A stretch of DNA of 55,012 nucleotides from an uncultured Gammaproteobacteria bacterium. Lineage in GTDB: Bacteria > Patescibacteriota > Microgenomatia > Levybacterales > GWA1-39-11. Below, one piece after another: positions 34,798 through 43,596 of the stretch. The DNA is taken from the NCBI GenBank assembly GCA_964360265.1, contig CAYHUY010000003.1, positions 1-55,012 on the forward strand, read 5' to 3'. Each line of letters starts with the position of its first letter. Within the stretch, counting starts at the first letter, position 1. A program made the translations under genes and the position numbers. The notes under the pieces were generated by a model that saw only the letters and a program-made list of their open reading frames with translations, was not told the DNA's origin and did no database searches.

Positions 34798-35630
34798 AAA
34801 GAGCAATAATTCCAGTTCTGATTTCAGTAGTTGCCTTAGTCTTCATGTTCTCTTATCAAACAGGAGCGTTATCTGATAAAAAACTTTTCGTAGTTTTTTG
34901 CGATGTAGGGCAGAGCGATGCAATTTATATTAGAACTTCGGGGAATGTTGATATTCTAATTGACGGAGGGCGAGGAAATCAGGTACTTGAATGTCTTTCA
35001 AGTAACATGCCGCTTTGGGACCGAGAAATAGAATTAGTTTTTGCCACCCATCCTGATGCTGACCACATTGCAGGTTTAATAGCGGTTCTTAACAGCTATA
35101 AGATCGGATCATTCAATTCGGTTGCAGCACCCAAAAACACCAAAGTCTACGAGGAACTTAGAAAATTAATTGAAAACTATAAAATACCATATAAAAATCT
35201 ATCAATTGGTGATAAATTCAAACTTTCAGACGGCGTCAGTATTGAAACAAAATGGCCTGAAAAAGGTTTTACTTCAAAGGACACAAATGATTATTCCCTT
35301 GTTCAGCACTTAAAATTTGGCGAATTTGATTTGCTTTTGACAGGGGACATTAGTTTTCAAATCCTGAACAGTTTGAAATTTGATTCGGAATCAATTGAAG
35401 TCCTAAAACTTCCCCATCACGGCTCAAAAACAGGGGTGGATAGTTTGACATTCGAAAAAATTAAGGCTTCCATTGCCATAATTTCCGCGGGGAAAAACAA
35501 TTCCTATCACCATCCCCACCCAAGTGTTCTAAGCCTTCTTAAAAAGTATAATATTGAGTATAAAAGAACAGATCTTGAGGGAGAAATCAAAATCGTCACC
35601 GACGGCCGCACCACAAAAATGGTGAATTAA
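34794..35630 (+). CDS. ComEC-type metallo-beta-lactamase domain protein, C-terminal half of a split ComEC
   Basis: N-terminal TM, then FCDVGQSDAIYI...LIDGG...THPDADHIAGL...LTGD...KLPHHGSKT (MBL motifs as found in the ComEC C-terminus). Confidence 0.85.
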   Translation: MKRAIIPVLISVVALVFMFSYQTGALSDKKLFVVFCDVGQSDAIYIRTSGNVDILIDGGRGNQVLECLSSNMPLWDREIELVFATHPDADHIAGLIAVLNSYKIGSFNSVAAPKNTKVYEELRKLIENYKIPYKNLSIGDKFKLSDGVSIETKWPEKGFTSKDTNDYSLVQHLKFGEFDLLLTGDISFQILNSLKFDSESIEVLKLPHHGSKTGVDSLTFEKIKASIAIISAGKNNSYHHPHPSVLSLLKKYNIEYKRTDLEGEIKIVTDGRTTKMVN

Positions 35631-35631
35631 T

Positions 35632-36186
35632 TCACCTCCACTTTCTAAATGCGTAAAAATCCTCTGAGAATCTTTCTAAGATTCTTTCCCTTGCATATTC
35701 CGGCCAAGACATAATTTTTAATCTGTGCTTTACGGCATAATCTCGATAACACTCGTACGCTCTGTGGAGGATAAAAGCAGTAGCGTTATTTTTGTAAAAA
35801 AGCAAAACTTGACTGCGCTCAACTTTGCCTGAGTGTAATTCTTGCATCAGTTCTTTTGCCCGAAGCCTAACTGTTCTCATTCTTTTATCTTCAACACTTT
35901 CTTCTTTAGGAATAGGTTTTTCAATGGGAATTTCGCCGGTAGGTTCCGCCCGTTTTGACTGTGGAATTTTCCAACCTCGCGGCGGCGCCATTGATCTTTT
36001 TCTTCGTTGTATTACTTCATCGGTAAAATGAGCTACCCCGAGCAGTTTATATGGATTTCTACGGCGCTTTGATTTTATAGGCGGAGGCGGAATGTCAGGC
36101 CAGTTCTGAGGGTCAATTTTAAAAAAAGAAGGAGCTTGGCCGGTTTCAGATTTGTCTCTTGGATTATGACTAGGTTTTTCTTTCAA
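35632..36186 (-). CDS. hypothetical protein (184 aa), sole cargo of an insertion at the comEC 3' end
   Basis: TTG start 14 nt after its own TTGACA-17-TATTAT promoter. The N-terminal half is Pro- and Lys-rich and the C-terminal half is helical. No motif recognised. Confidence 0.55.
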   Translation of the reverse strand: MKEKPSHNPRDKSETGQAPSFFKIDPQNWPDIPPPPIKSKRRRNPYKLLGVAHFTDEVIQRRKRSMAPPRGWKIPQSKRAEPTGEIPIEKPIPKEESVEDKRMRTVRLRAKELMQELHSGKVERSQVLLFYKNNATAFILHRAYECYRDYAVKHRLKIMSWPEYARERILERFSEDFYAFRKWR

Positions 36187-36200
36187 TTAAACCCTTGGCT

Positions 36201-36229
36201 ATAATAAACGTCTTAAGCTATTTTGTCAA
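36201..36229 (-). promoter_or_regulatory. promoter TTGACA, 17-nt spacer, TATTAT
   Basis: -35 at 36229-36224 and -10 at 36206-36201 on the minus strand. Confidence 0.5.
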
Positions 36230-36251
36230 GGTTCCGCAATATTCTCCGTAA

Positions 36252-36341
36252 AAATTCGGAGTCGAATACAAAAGAACAGACAAGGATGGCTCGATTCGAA
36301 TAATTACCGACGGCCCAACCACAAAGCTTATTGACAATTGA
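36252..36341 (+). pseudogene. displaced, diverged fragment of the comEC MBL-domain 3' end
   Basis: It translates to KFGVEYKRTDKDGSIRIITDGPTTKLIDN*. The intact gene end at 35541-35630 reads KKYNIEYKRTDLEGEIKIVTDGRTTKMVN*. An in-frame stop lies immediately upstream. Confidence 0.7.
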
Positions 36342-36400
36342 TTATTTATTATTGACTGTTGAATTGTCCCAGACTTAGGGTTTTTAGGCTTAGGCCAAAC

Positions 36401-36430
36401 TTGACAAGCCCCACATGGTTAGCATAAAAT
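36401..36430 (+). promoter_or_regulatory. promoter TTGACA, 18-nt spacer, TAAAAT; ATG 9 nt downstream
   Basis: TTGACA at 36401-36406, TAAAAT at 36425-36430, ATG at 36440. Confidence 0.5.
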
Positions 36431-36439
36431 GCTCGGATT

Positions 36440-37003
36440 ATGACAAACGAAGCTCTTGATCGAAAGGGACTTAGCCCGGAACCGTCAAGATTACACCCAT
36501 CACTTGAAGGAAAAGTCCGCATAGAACCAATTAGGCATGGTGGAATAGAAAAGCATGACCTTTTGGCTGACATTACAAGAAAACCTGTAAATATTGGTGA
36601 GACTGCGCAATTTATGGTTGAAAGAGATGAATTTTCTACCCTACCAGAGTCCCAACCTTACAATTTGGTTATCACACGGGTTGATGTTATAGTACCAAAT
36701 CCTAAAGGACCCTTAGCAACAACTGAAGAGATTGATAACGCTCGTGATGAAAAGGGTTTACAACCCATACCCGCCGAAACTCTCCTTCATTTCCTTCTTC
36801 AAAAAGGTGACCAATTACAAATGCACGAATGGATAGTAGCCAGTATGAAACCCCTGGCTGCTTCCGACGGCAATCCGTTCGTGTTCAGTGTGGTACGCTA
36901 TGATGATGGGTTGTGGCTCGTTGGCTATTGGGCGGGTCCTGACGGCAGGTGGAATCCTGGCTATCAGTTTGCTTTCGGTCTTCCGCAAGTAAATAAAACT
37001 TAA
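36440..37003 (+). CDS. hypothetical protein (187 aa)
   Basis: The ORF has a good promoter in the leaderless configuration. No recognisable motif and no TM. Confidence 0.55.
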   Translation: MTNEALDRKGLSPEPSRLHPSLEGKVRIEPIRHGGIEKHDLLADITRKPVNIGETAQFMVERDEFSTLPESQPYNLVITRVDVIVPNPKGPLATTEEIDNARDEKGLQPIPAETLLHFLLQKGDQLQMHEWIVASMKPLAASDGNPFVFSVVRYDDGLWLVGYWAGPDGRWNPGYQFAFGLPQVNKT

Positions 37004-37120
37004 GACCTTTGTTCTATTGATTTTGCTTCTTTGATTCTTTATTTCTTTGATGCTTTGATTTCGTCAGAAAATTTTTTTGTAATTTACTTCTTGTCCATTC
37101 GACTTCGCTCGGGACTGCGC

Positions 37121-37145
37121 CCCAAATTATCAAAGATAATTTGGG
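37121..37145. promoter_or_regulatory. perfect 11-bp-stem hairpin / inverted repeat CCCAAATTATC-AAA-GATAATTTGGG upstream of the response-regulator gene
   Basis: Read directly. There is no T-tract after it, so it could be an operator or an RNA structure rather than a terminator. Confidence 0.5.
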
Positions 37146-37187
37146 ACTTGCATTCGTTTCACGGGGTGTGGTAGCCTAAAATGGGCT

Positions 37188-37556
37188 ATGAAAAAAATTC
37201 TTCTCGTTGATGATGAGCATGAGGTGGCGATTGTTTTTCAAACAGGTCTTGCCGCCGCAGGTTATCAAGTTACGCTCGCTCAGGACGCAAAAACCGGGCT
37301 AGAACAGGTAAAACAATCAAAATTTGACCTAATAATATTGGATCAGATGATGCCTGATATGTCCGGGAATACTGTTCTTGGAATACTCAAAAGCGCTGAT
37401 GCAACAAAGACTATCCCTGTTCTAATGTTGACAAATTTTAATCAAGATGAACTGCTTAAGGAGGCTTTAAGTCTTGGGGTATCAGACTATGTCTTAAAAT
37501 ATCAAGTGGAGCCAAAAGATTTAGTTGTCAAAGTAAAAGCCCTGATAGGAGAGTAG
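37188..37556 (+). CDS. stand-alone response regulator receiver (CheY-like)
   Basis: ILLVDDEHEV, the phospho-acceptor context LIILDQMMPDMSG, PVLMLTN and DYVLKY. There is no output domain. Confidence 0.85.
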   Translation: MKKILLVDDEHEVAIVFQTGLAAAGYQVTLAQDAKTGLEQVKQSKFDLIILDQMMPDMSGNTVLGILKSADATKTIPVLMLTNFNQDELLKEALSLGVSDYVLKYQVEPKDLVVKVKALIGE

Positions 37557-37561
37557 CTTTT

Positions 37562-37936
37562 ATGGAAGACAGCAGAGCAACATTTACGGCGGTAATAAAA
37601 AAACAAATGGAGATCTTGGGTAGCGATATAACCCTGGCTAGGGTTAGAAATGTTCCCGGGATAAAAGTGGATCAGGAAGGAAACGTTATAAGCGTTGAGG
37701 GGGAGACCCAATTTTTACTGGAGCAACTTACAAACCAATTCGTTGAATTGTCCGGGTTAATAATCAAAAAAACTATGGAATCAATACTCTCGGTACACCC
37801 CATGGCCCAGGTGAGTCAAGTTCTTCCTGTCCTGTCCCCGACAAATGGAGAGGGAGCCGGGGTGCTTGCCGCCGATAACGATATTGAGGAATTAAATAAA
37901 GCGCTTAATAATTTAAATATAAAGAATAGTCAATAA
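37562..37936 (+). CDS. hypothetical soluble protein (124 aa) inside the two-component cluster
   Basis: The ORF starts 5 nt after the receiver gene. No motif recognised. Confidence 0.5.
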   Translation: MEDSRATFTAVIKKQMEILGSDITLARVRNVPGIKVDQEGNVISVEGETQFLLEQLTNQFVELSGLIIKKTMESILSVHPMAQVSQVLPVLSPTNGEGAGVLAADNDIEELNKALNNLNIKNSQ

Positions 37937-37952
37937 AATTTATCTATAGATT

Positions 37953-38291
37953 ATGTTCGATACTGCCCGATTTTTTACAATTTTGGTCAATGGGATATCT
38001 TTCATCGCTGCTTTTGCGGCCATTGCAGCAGCCATGCTTATGTATCAAGTTACAAAAAAATTTGGGAGCGGAATACTTGCGTCAGGATTTAAAAGCATCT
38101 CATCAGGCGTACTTTTTTTGGCACTTGGAATAATTATTGACGCTCTTAATTCCTACTTTCTATTATCTGCGGACAACATATATTCGAGCCTAGTCTCTAT
38201 GATAAAAGGCGCATGTTTTGTTATAGGTACTTACATAATTGTTATTGGAAGTAAAAGAACCGCCGATCGCCTCGAATCACTCACCAAATAA
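37953..38291 (+). CDS. hypothetical membrane protein (112 aa, about 3 TM)
   Basis: Hydrophobic segments FFTILVNGISFIAAFAAIAAAMLMY, GVLFLALGIIIDAL and ACFVIGTYIIVIG. Confidence 0.5.
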   Translation: MFDTARFFTILVNGISFIAAFAAIAAAMLMYQVTKKFGSGILASGFKSISSGVLFLALGIIIDALNSYFLLSADNIYSSLVSMIKGACFVIGTYIIVIGSKRTADRLESLTK

Positions 38292-38335
38292 TTCACATAC
38301 TTGATACTTAATACTAAATACCTAATACTATAACC

Positions 38336-39151
38336 ATGGTTTGGTATTTTGCCGCAACTACGCTTGTGTTTGCTCTACTTGCTATTTATCTTTCTCTTAG
38401 AGGAGAAAAAAAAGCAAAAGGGAAAAGCGATGAAGTGCGAGAAAACCACATCCATGTAATAGTGCATGAATTACGTGCTCCTCTTACCGCTATCAAAGGA
38501 GCAGCATCACTACTATTATCTGCGAATTTGAGCGAGGCCGATAAACAGAAGATGCTACATGCTATCTCGGATTCGGCGCGCGAGATGCTTGTTCGGATTT
38601 CGGAACTACTTGATTCAGCAAAGCTTGAGGAGGGAAAATTTACTATAAAAAAAGTGAAATCTGACCTCTCTGTAATATTGCGTGAGCACGTTGATGTTTT
38701 TTCTTATGTAGCCCTCGAGCGCGGAATAGATCTTAATTTTAATCCAACTAGCGTAATTACCCAATTTTACTTTGATCCTGGCAGAATTGGACAGGTAATT
38801 AATAATCTTATTTCTAATTCTCTCAAGTTTACAAATGAAGGCGGAAGAATAGATATTAAAACCGCCCTTCGGGCAGTACCCTCAGGACAAGAGCAGGATC
38901 GCGAAATTGAAGTTGAGGTATCTGATAATGGTACTGGTATACCAGAGGACAAAAAAGCCCTTCTTTTCACAAAATTTGGGCAAATTGACCACGACGGTAA
39001 AAGAGCCGGTAAGGTTGTTGATCCGGGGGAAAGTTCCGGACTTGGACTTTTTATTTGTCGTCAAATTATTGAAGCTCATGGAGGAAAAATTTGGATAGAA
39101 TCTGAGGAAGGAAAAGGGACCAAAGTTTTCTTCACATTGCCGCTTATCTAA
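38336..39151 (+). CDS. sensor histidine kinase (1 TM, HisKA + HATPase_c)
   Basis: H-box VHELRAPLTAIKG, N-box NLISNSLKFT, and G-boxes DNGTGIP and GLGLFICRQIIEAHGGKIWIES. Confidence 0.85.
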   Translation: MVWYFAATTLVFALLAIYLSLRGEKKAKGKSDEVRENHIHVIVHELRAPLTAIKGAASLLLSANLSEADKQKMLHAISDSAREMLVRISELLDSAKLEEGKFTIKKVKSDLSVILREHVDVFSYVALERGIDLNFNPTSVITQFYFDPGRIGQVINNLISNSLKFTNEGGRIDIKTALRAVPSGQEQDREIEVEVSDNGTGIPEDKKALLFTKFGQIDHDGKRAGKVVDPGESSGLGLFICRQIIEAHGGKIWIESEEGKGTKVFFTLPLI

Positions 39152-39195
39152 GATGAAGAAAAAGAAGAACCCCAAACTGTTCAAGGCTTCGCCAA

Positions 39196-39708
39196 TTAGA
39201 AGTCGAATCTTCTGGCTTCAGGAAGTTCTGGTAATTGATCAGACTCTCCTAATGCTGTCATTAAGTCTTCTTCGGGAATAATACCGGTCAAGTTTGATAA
39301 GGCAGTTTCCGTTCTATAGGGTTTAGGCCCAGTTAAAAACACAAAAACAAGTCTGTCATTGTATTTTTTAACTTCTTGGCGAACTACATTCCGGCTTATT
39401 AATATTTTTTTATCTCCTCCGGCCCGGAGCTTAATAGCATCAACTAAAGCTCTATATTTCAATGAAGCCCAGCTTCTTTGCCACTCGTCAAAACATAGAT
39501 CGGGGAATTCTTCATCTCTTTCTCTTGCAATTTTTGCCCTTAAACCACTAGTTCTTATGACATCAATTAAACTATTCAAACTGGAAGAGGAATTCAATTT
39601 TTGTTCAGCGCTAGTATATTCTCCTTCCCAAATATTTAATAGCTCCGGTCCAAATAATTGAGCCTCCTGTATTTCTTTTCTAAGACCCCGCTTATATTTT
39701 TCTGTCAT
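39196..39708 (-). CDS. hypothetical protein (170 aa)
   Basis: The ORF lies downstream of a strong promoter at 39828-39856. No motif recognised. Confidence 0.55.
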   Translation of the reverse strand: MTEKYKRGLRKEIQEAQLFGPELLNIWEGEYTSAEQKLNSSSSLNSLIDVIRTSGLRAKIARERDEEFPDLCFDEWQRSWASLKYRALVDAIKLRAGGDKKILISRNVVRQEVKKYNDRLVFVFLTGPKPYRTETALSNLTGIIPEEDLMTALGESDQLPELPEARRFDF

Positions 39709-39820
39709 TTTTAACTATTTGCGTATTCTTCCATTGCTCGCAAAGCTCACTAAAGGTTGTAGGTTCGCAAACTGTAATTGACTGCTCTTTTAATCCATTT
39801 CTAGCTTGTTCTATCGCCAT
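39692..39820 (-). CDS. possible leaderless 42-aa ORF overlapping the start of the 170-aa gene
   Basis: ATG lies 7 nt after the -10 box. My translation is MAIEQARNGLKEQSITVCEPTTFSELCEQWKNTQIVKNDRKI. It overlaps the downstream gene by 17 nt in another frame and could simply be a 5' leader. Confidence 0.3.
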   Translation of the reverse strand: MAIEQARNGLKEQSITVCEPTTFSELCEQWKNTQIVKNDRKI

Positions 39821-39827
39821 GTGGGGT

Positions 39828-39856
39828 ATTTTAGGCAAAAATTGCCCCAAAGTCAA
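39828..39856 (-). promoter_or_regulatory. promoter TTGACT, 17-nt spacer, TAAAAT
   Basis: -35 at 39856-39851 and -10 at 39833-39828 on the minus strand. The spacer contains a GGCAA-AAA-TTGCC hairpin. Confidence 0.55.
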
Positions 39857-39884
39857 TTAACTGCAACAAAATATATCTTCCAAT

Positions 39885-41090
39885 TTATTGTAAAGATACC
39901 CGGTAGATATTGTAAGGGACGGTTTCGGAGAGCCTTGAAACCATTCCTATACTGCGGCCATTGGGCCATGGGAATATAAGACCGTCAAGAAACGGTCCGT
40001 TATAAACCGTCGTCAAATTACCCCCATCATACTCAACAATATTAATTTTTCCATCCTGTGTGAAGATTAAGTGACTTGAGTCAGACTGCCATAAATAGTT
40101 TGGTGGCTGCGGGTGTTCTTTAAGTTTTGATGCACTATATATCAAGTAATTCTTATCCTCGGAAATATCATAAACATAAATATTCCCCTTGACTATTTGG
40201 CGTTGATCAGGAGTGGAGTTAAGCGACGGAACTACCTTTTTTAAAATAGGAGAAAGAGTTGCGGCCGCGCTCGCTGTATAAAGTATCTTGTCTTGTTCAC
40301 CTGAGAGCTTCATACCGCCAAAAAATTCCTTGGCAATTGGGCGCAATTCAACTGATAAAGAATCCATTGTTTTTTTCTCAGCGTCTCTTCGCTGTTGTTC
40401 CCAGTCCTCCTTAATAAGAGAAAGTGTTTGGCTGACATTACGAGGGATTTGATTTCTTCCATCGGTTAAAAAAAGATAATACCGCGTAGGTTTTTGAAGC
40501 TGCGCCAAAATCTCCTTTCCGTCGGGCGAGAACGTAAAGTTGGCTCCCGAAAACTTATCGATGGTCTCATCAGCAACTTGGGTACCTGAGGCCCCCAGGA
40601 AAACAAAAGGCCCGGAGTTCATATTTAGAACATAAACGCCGTTTTTTGAAGCGGAGGCAGAACTAACTTCATATACAAGAAGCGTTCCGCTTCTATCCAT
40701 AACCACATTTGAGACACCTATCGTAGTCACCGCCTCGAGTTTTGGTGCAGTTGGAAGAAGAAATGCATTTGCCTCAGAAACCAAGCCTTTTTTGATTATG
40801 ATCCTTTTCGACCATGTTAGATAACCATCCTTTTCGATCCTTACATCGTATTCCCCGGGCGCAAGATCTATAGTATTGTTTGTGGCTGTTGTGAGCGCGT
40901 TATTCACCAAAACCCGAGCACCGTCGGGACTTGAAGTCGTAACCAGAATTCCCGTTCCCTCGATAAATTTGTAATTACCTCTTTGGCCGTTAAATTCAAA
41001 TCTATATCCTGTTGCGTAGAGAACTGCAGCAACTGTTCCAAGGGCGACAAAAAGTCCAATCACTATTCCCGTAATTAGAGTTTTTTTCAT
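39885..41090 (-). CDS. PEGA-domain protein with a C-terminal beta-propeller-like region (TolB-like repeats)
   Basis: N-terminal TM, a PEGA block (PDGARVLVNN...LAPGEYDVRIEKDGYLTWSKRIII), then repeats such as FSPDGKEILAQ and WQSDSSHLIFTQDGKINIVEYDGG. Confidence 0.7.
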   Translation of the reverse strand: MKKTLITGIVIGLFVALGTVAAVLYATGYRFEFNGQRGNYKFIEGTGILVTTSSPDGARVLVNNALTTATNNTIDLAPGEYDVRIEKDGYLTWSKRIIIKKGLVSEANAFLLPTAPKLEAVTTIGVSNVVMDRSGTLLVYEVSSASASKNGVYVLNMNSGPFVFLGASGTQVADETIDKFSGANFTFSPDGKEILAQLQKPTRYYLFLTDGRNQIPRNVSQTLSLIKEDWEQQRRDAEKKTMDSLSVELRPIAKEFFGGMKLSGEQDKILYTASAAATLSPILKKVVPSLNSTPDQRQIVKGNIYVYDISEDKNYLIYSASKLKEHPQPPNYLWQSDSSHLIFTQDGKINIVEYDGGNLTTVYNGPFLDGLIFPWPNGRSIGMVSRLSETVPYNIYRVSLQ

Positions 41091-41120
41091 AGATATTTAA
41101 CTTCAATTTCTTTAGTCTTT

Positions 41121-41148
41121 ATTATAGCCGTTTTTAGGGACATTGCAA
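41121..41148 (-). promoter_or_regulatory. candidate promoter TTGCAA, 16-nt spacer, TATAAT
   Basis: -35 at 41148-41143 and -10 at 41126-41121 on the minus strand, 30 nt upstream of the ATG at 41090. Confidence 0.45.
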
Positions 41149-41244
41149 ATTAAAACCGTAAATATTTAATCTTTGACGTTCATTTTTTCAATTACCCACT
41201 TTTGACATATTGAAACAGAACCACTTCGGTGGTATAAAAAGATA

Positions 41245-41264
41245 CCTGCCTGCCGGCAGGTAGG
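41245..41264. repeat. intergenic copy of the CCTGCCTGCCGGCAGG(C/T)AGG palindrome
   Basis: It differs by one mismatch from the perfect copy inside rpsA (3244-3263). Confidence 0.85.
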
Positions 41265-41344
41265 TCCTGCTTGATTTTTAGAAATTTGATCGAGAAAGGA
41301 TATGGTTTGACTACGTCAACCAGAATGATGGGAGATAGAATATT

Positions 41345-42352
41345 ATGCTAAGCAAACGAATTGGAATTGATCTTGGTACGGCTAATGTTCTCGTCTATTT
41401 GGCGGGGGAAGGTGTGGTTCTAAATGAGCCTACCGTTGTTGCTGTTAGATCCGATGACAACAGGGTTGTCGCCGTAGGCCAGGAAGCAAAGGAAATGCTT
41501 GGGAGAACTCCAGTCAATATTTTTGCAACGCGTCCTCTCAAAGACGGAGTAATTGCGGATTATGTAATCACTCAATCAATGCTTGCGTACTTTATAAATA
41601 AGGTTTCCGGTCGGTCTCATTTCATTAAACCTGAGGTTATGGTTTGCGTCCCCTCAGGCATTACTCAGGTTGAAAAAAGGGCAGTACTGGACGCTTGTGC
41701 GGCGGCGGGCGCAGGAAACGTTTATTTAATTGAGGAGCCCTTAGCAGCAGCAATTGGTGCAAAAGTTCCGATAGCCCAAGCCGCTGGGCACATGATCCTT
41801 GATTCCGGAGGAGGAACAACAGATATCGCAGTAATTTCATTAGGGGGAATAGTTGTTCACAAGTCAATTAGGGTGGCCGGAAACAAAATTGAAGAGGCGA
41901 TCGCAAACTATATAAGGAAACGCTTTAATTTGCTGGTTGGAGAGCGAACCGCTGAAGAGATTAAGATGACTATAGCAAATGCAATAGTTGATCAAAAAGA
42001 AGTAAAAACGCTTGAGGTAAAGGGACGCGATAGCGTCACCGGACTCCCTCGTGCAATAGAAATTTCCGAGTCGGAAATAAACGAGGCCATACAACCGGTA
42101 CTCCGAGCCATGATCTCCGCAATTAAAGAAGTTTTTGAGGCAACCCCACCTGAGCTTGCATCAGACATTATTGAGCGTGGAATAGTACTGACAGGCGGAA
42201 CAACCCTACTAAAAAATCTAGACAAGTATATTGCAGCAGAAACTGGAGTACCGGCATATGTTGCTGAAGACCCGCTTTTTTGTGTCATTCGCGGGGTAGG
42301 GGTAGCTCTTGAAAATCTTGAGTTATATAAGAGGACCATCAATAGAGATTAA
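41345..42352 (+). CDS. mreB: rod shape-determining actin homologue MreB
   Basis: IGIDLGTANVLVY, NEPTVVA, RPLKDGVIADY, DSGGGTTDIAVISLGG and LTGGTTLLKNLD are canonical MreB blocks. No mreC or mreD follows. Confidence 0.92.
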   Translation: MLSKRIGIDLGTANVLVYLAGEGVVLNEPTVVAVRSDDNRVVAVGQEAKEMLGRTPVNIFATRPLKDGVIADYVITQSMLAYFINKVSGRSHFIKPEVMVCVPSGITQVEKRAVLDACAAAGAGNVYLIEEPLAAAIGAKVPIAQAAGHMILDSGGGTTDIAVISLGGIVVHKSIRVAGNKIEEAIANYIRKRFNLLVGERTAEEIKMTIANAIVDQKEVKTLEVKGRDSVTGLPRAIEISESEINEAIQPVLRAMISAIKEVFEATPPELASDIIERGIVLTGGTTLLKNLDKYIAAETGVPAYVAEDPLFCVIRGVGVALENLELYKRTINRD

Positions 42353-42640
42353 TAGTCAAATAAACAAATAATCCAATAGTCAAATATGTCAAACATTACA
42401 AAATTTGTCCATTTGGGTATTTGACTAGTTGGGTATATTGAGGTCTTATAGTTCATAAAAAATGAAAGAATTAATCATTTTTTTCACACATATTCCTATA
42501 TGTTTACACGGAATTTTAATCCCATAGAAAACTTTAAGGGAAAAAATGATTGGAAACAAAAAAAATCAATAGAGCCTCTAGTTCCGTACAAAAATCCGTT
42601 CAAAGAAAGTATTCGAATTCTACGTTTTGGAAATATTATT

Positions 42641-42668
42641 TTGTTAAATAGAGGACTTATAGTATAAT
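42641..42668 (+). promoter_or_regulatory. promoter TTGTTA, 16-nt spacer, TATAAT; ATG 6 nt downstream (leaderless)
   Basis: TATAAT at 42663-42668 and ATG at 42675. Confidence 0.5.
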
Positions 42669-42674
42669 GAAAAT

Positions 42675-43412
42675 ATGTTAGAGAAGACAAATATCTTAGG
42701 AGTAGGTATAACAGTGGCAAAAGAAAAAAAAATCCTAGAGTATGTACTTAATGAACTTATTAAGCCTAAAAAAGAGCGCAAGAAAATAATTATTTTTACT
42801 CCAAATCCCGAGCAGATTTCGGCAGCCACGAATCTTAGTCTGAGAAAGCTTCTTAACAGAGCTCAGATTTCATTGCCCGATGGGGTGGGGGTTTTAATAG
42901 GAGCAAGACTATTAGGGAGGCCAATTTACGCACGGATTACAGGAGTAGATTTCTTAAAAAAACTCTGTGAAAACGTTTCAAAACGGCCCGTCATTACGGG
43001 CTTTTTAGGTGGTCAACCACGCGTAGCAAAAGAGTGTGCCGAGTGCTTGCAAAAAATATGGCCGGAACTGCGCGTTGGATACGCTTCCGAGCTCTACGAC
43101 AAGAGGAAGTTGATCCATTCTGATATAGATATTCTCTTTGTTGCTTTTGGTTTTCCAAAACAAGAAAAATGGATATTGAAACACAAGCGTGAAATTCCAG
43201 CAACAGTTATAATGGCTGTTGGGGGAGCATTTGATTTCATTTCAGGCGGAGTGCCGCGTGCTCCAAAAATTGTTCGAAAATTTGGATTCGAGTGGATATT
43301 CAGACTAATAATTCAGCCGTGGCGAATTTTCCGACAGCTTCATATTTTGCATTTCAGCGCCTTAGTTTTTGCAGAAGCACTAACTAACCGTCTCAAAAGA
43401 TTCAAAATATAA
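42675..43412 (+). CDS. WecB/TagA/CpsF family (GT26) glycosyltransferase
   Basis: FTPNPEQI, LPDGVGV, RITGVDF, FLGG, FGFPKQEKW, AVGGAFDFISGGVPRAP and EWIFRLIIQPWR are classic family blocks. Confidence 0.85.
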   Translation: MLEKTNILGVGITVAKEKKILEYVLNELIKPKKERKKIIIFTPNPEQISAATNLSLRKLLNRAQISLPDGVGVLIGARLLGRPIYARITGVDFLKKLCENVSKRPVITGFLGGQPRVAKECAECLQKIWPELRVGYASELYDKRKLIHSDIDILFVAFGFPKQEKWILKHKREIPATVIMAVGGAFDFISGGVPRAPKIVRKFGFEWIFRLIIQPWRIFRQLHILHFSALVFAEALTNRLKRFKI

Positions 43413-43526
43413 AACATACAACTAAAAATTAGCCGCACCAGCCTAACCTCTCGCCTTTTTCCCGACGGATTTCACTCGTGCGGGACAGTGATCCTCGTCG
43501 CAAAAAACTCATAGTTTTTTTGCTCC

Positions 43527-43555
43527 TTGACAACTCTGACATTGTTTGCTAGTCT
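43527..43555 (+). promoter_or_regulatory. candidate promoter TTGACA, 17-nt spacer, TAGTCT
   Basis: TTGACA at 43527-43532 and TAGTCT at 43550-43555. Confidence 0.4.
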
Positions 43556-43596
43556 TTATTCATATACTATACATTAAATAAGTAATCTTGACTAGT

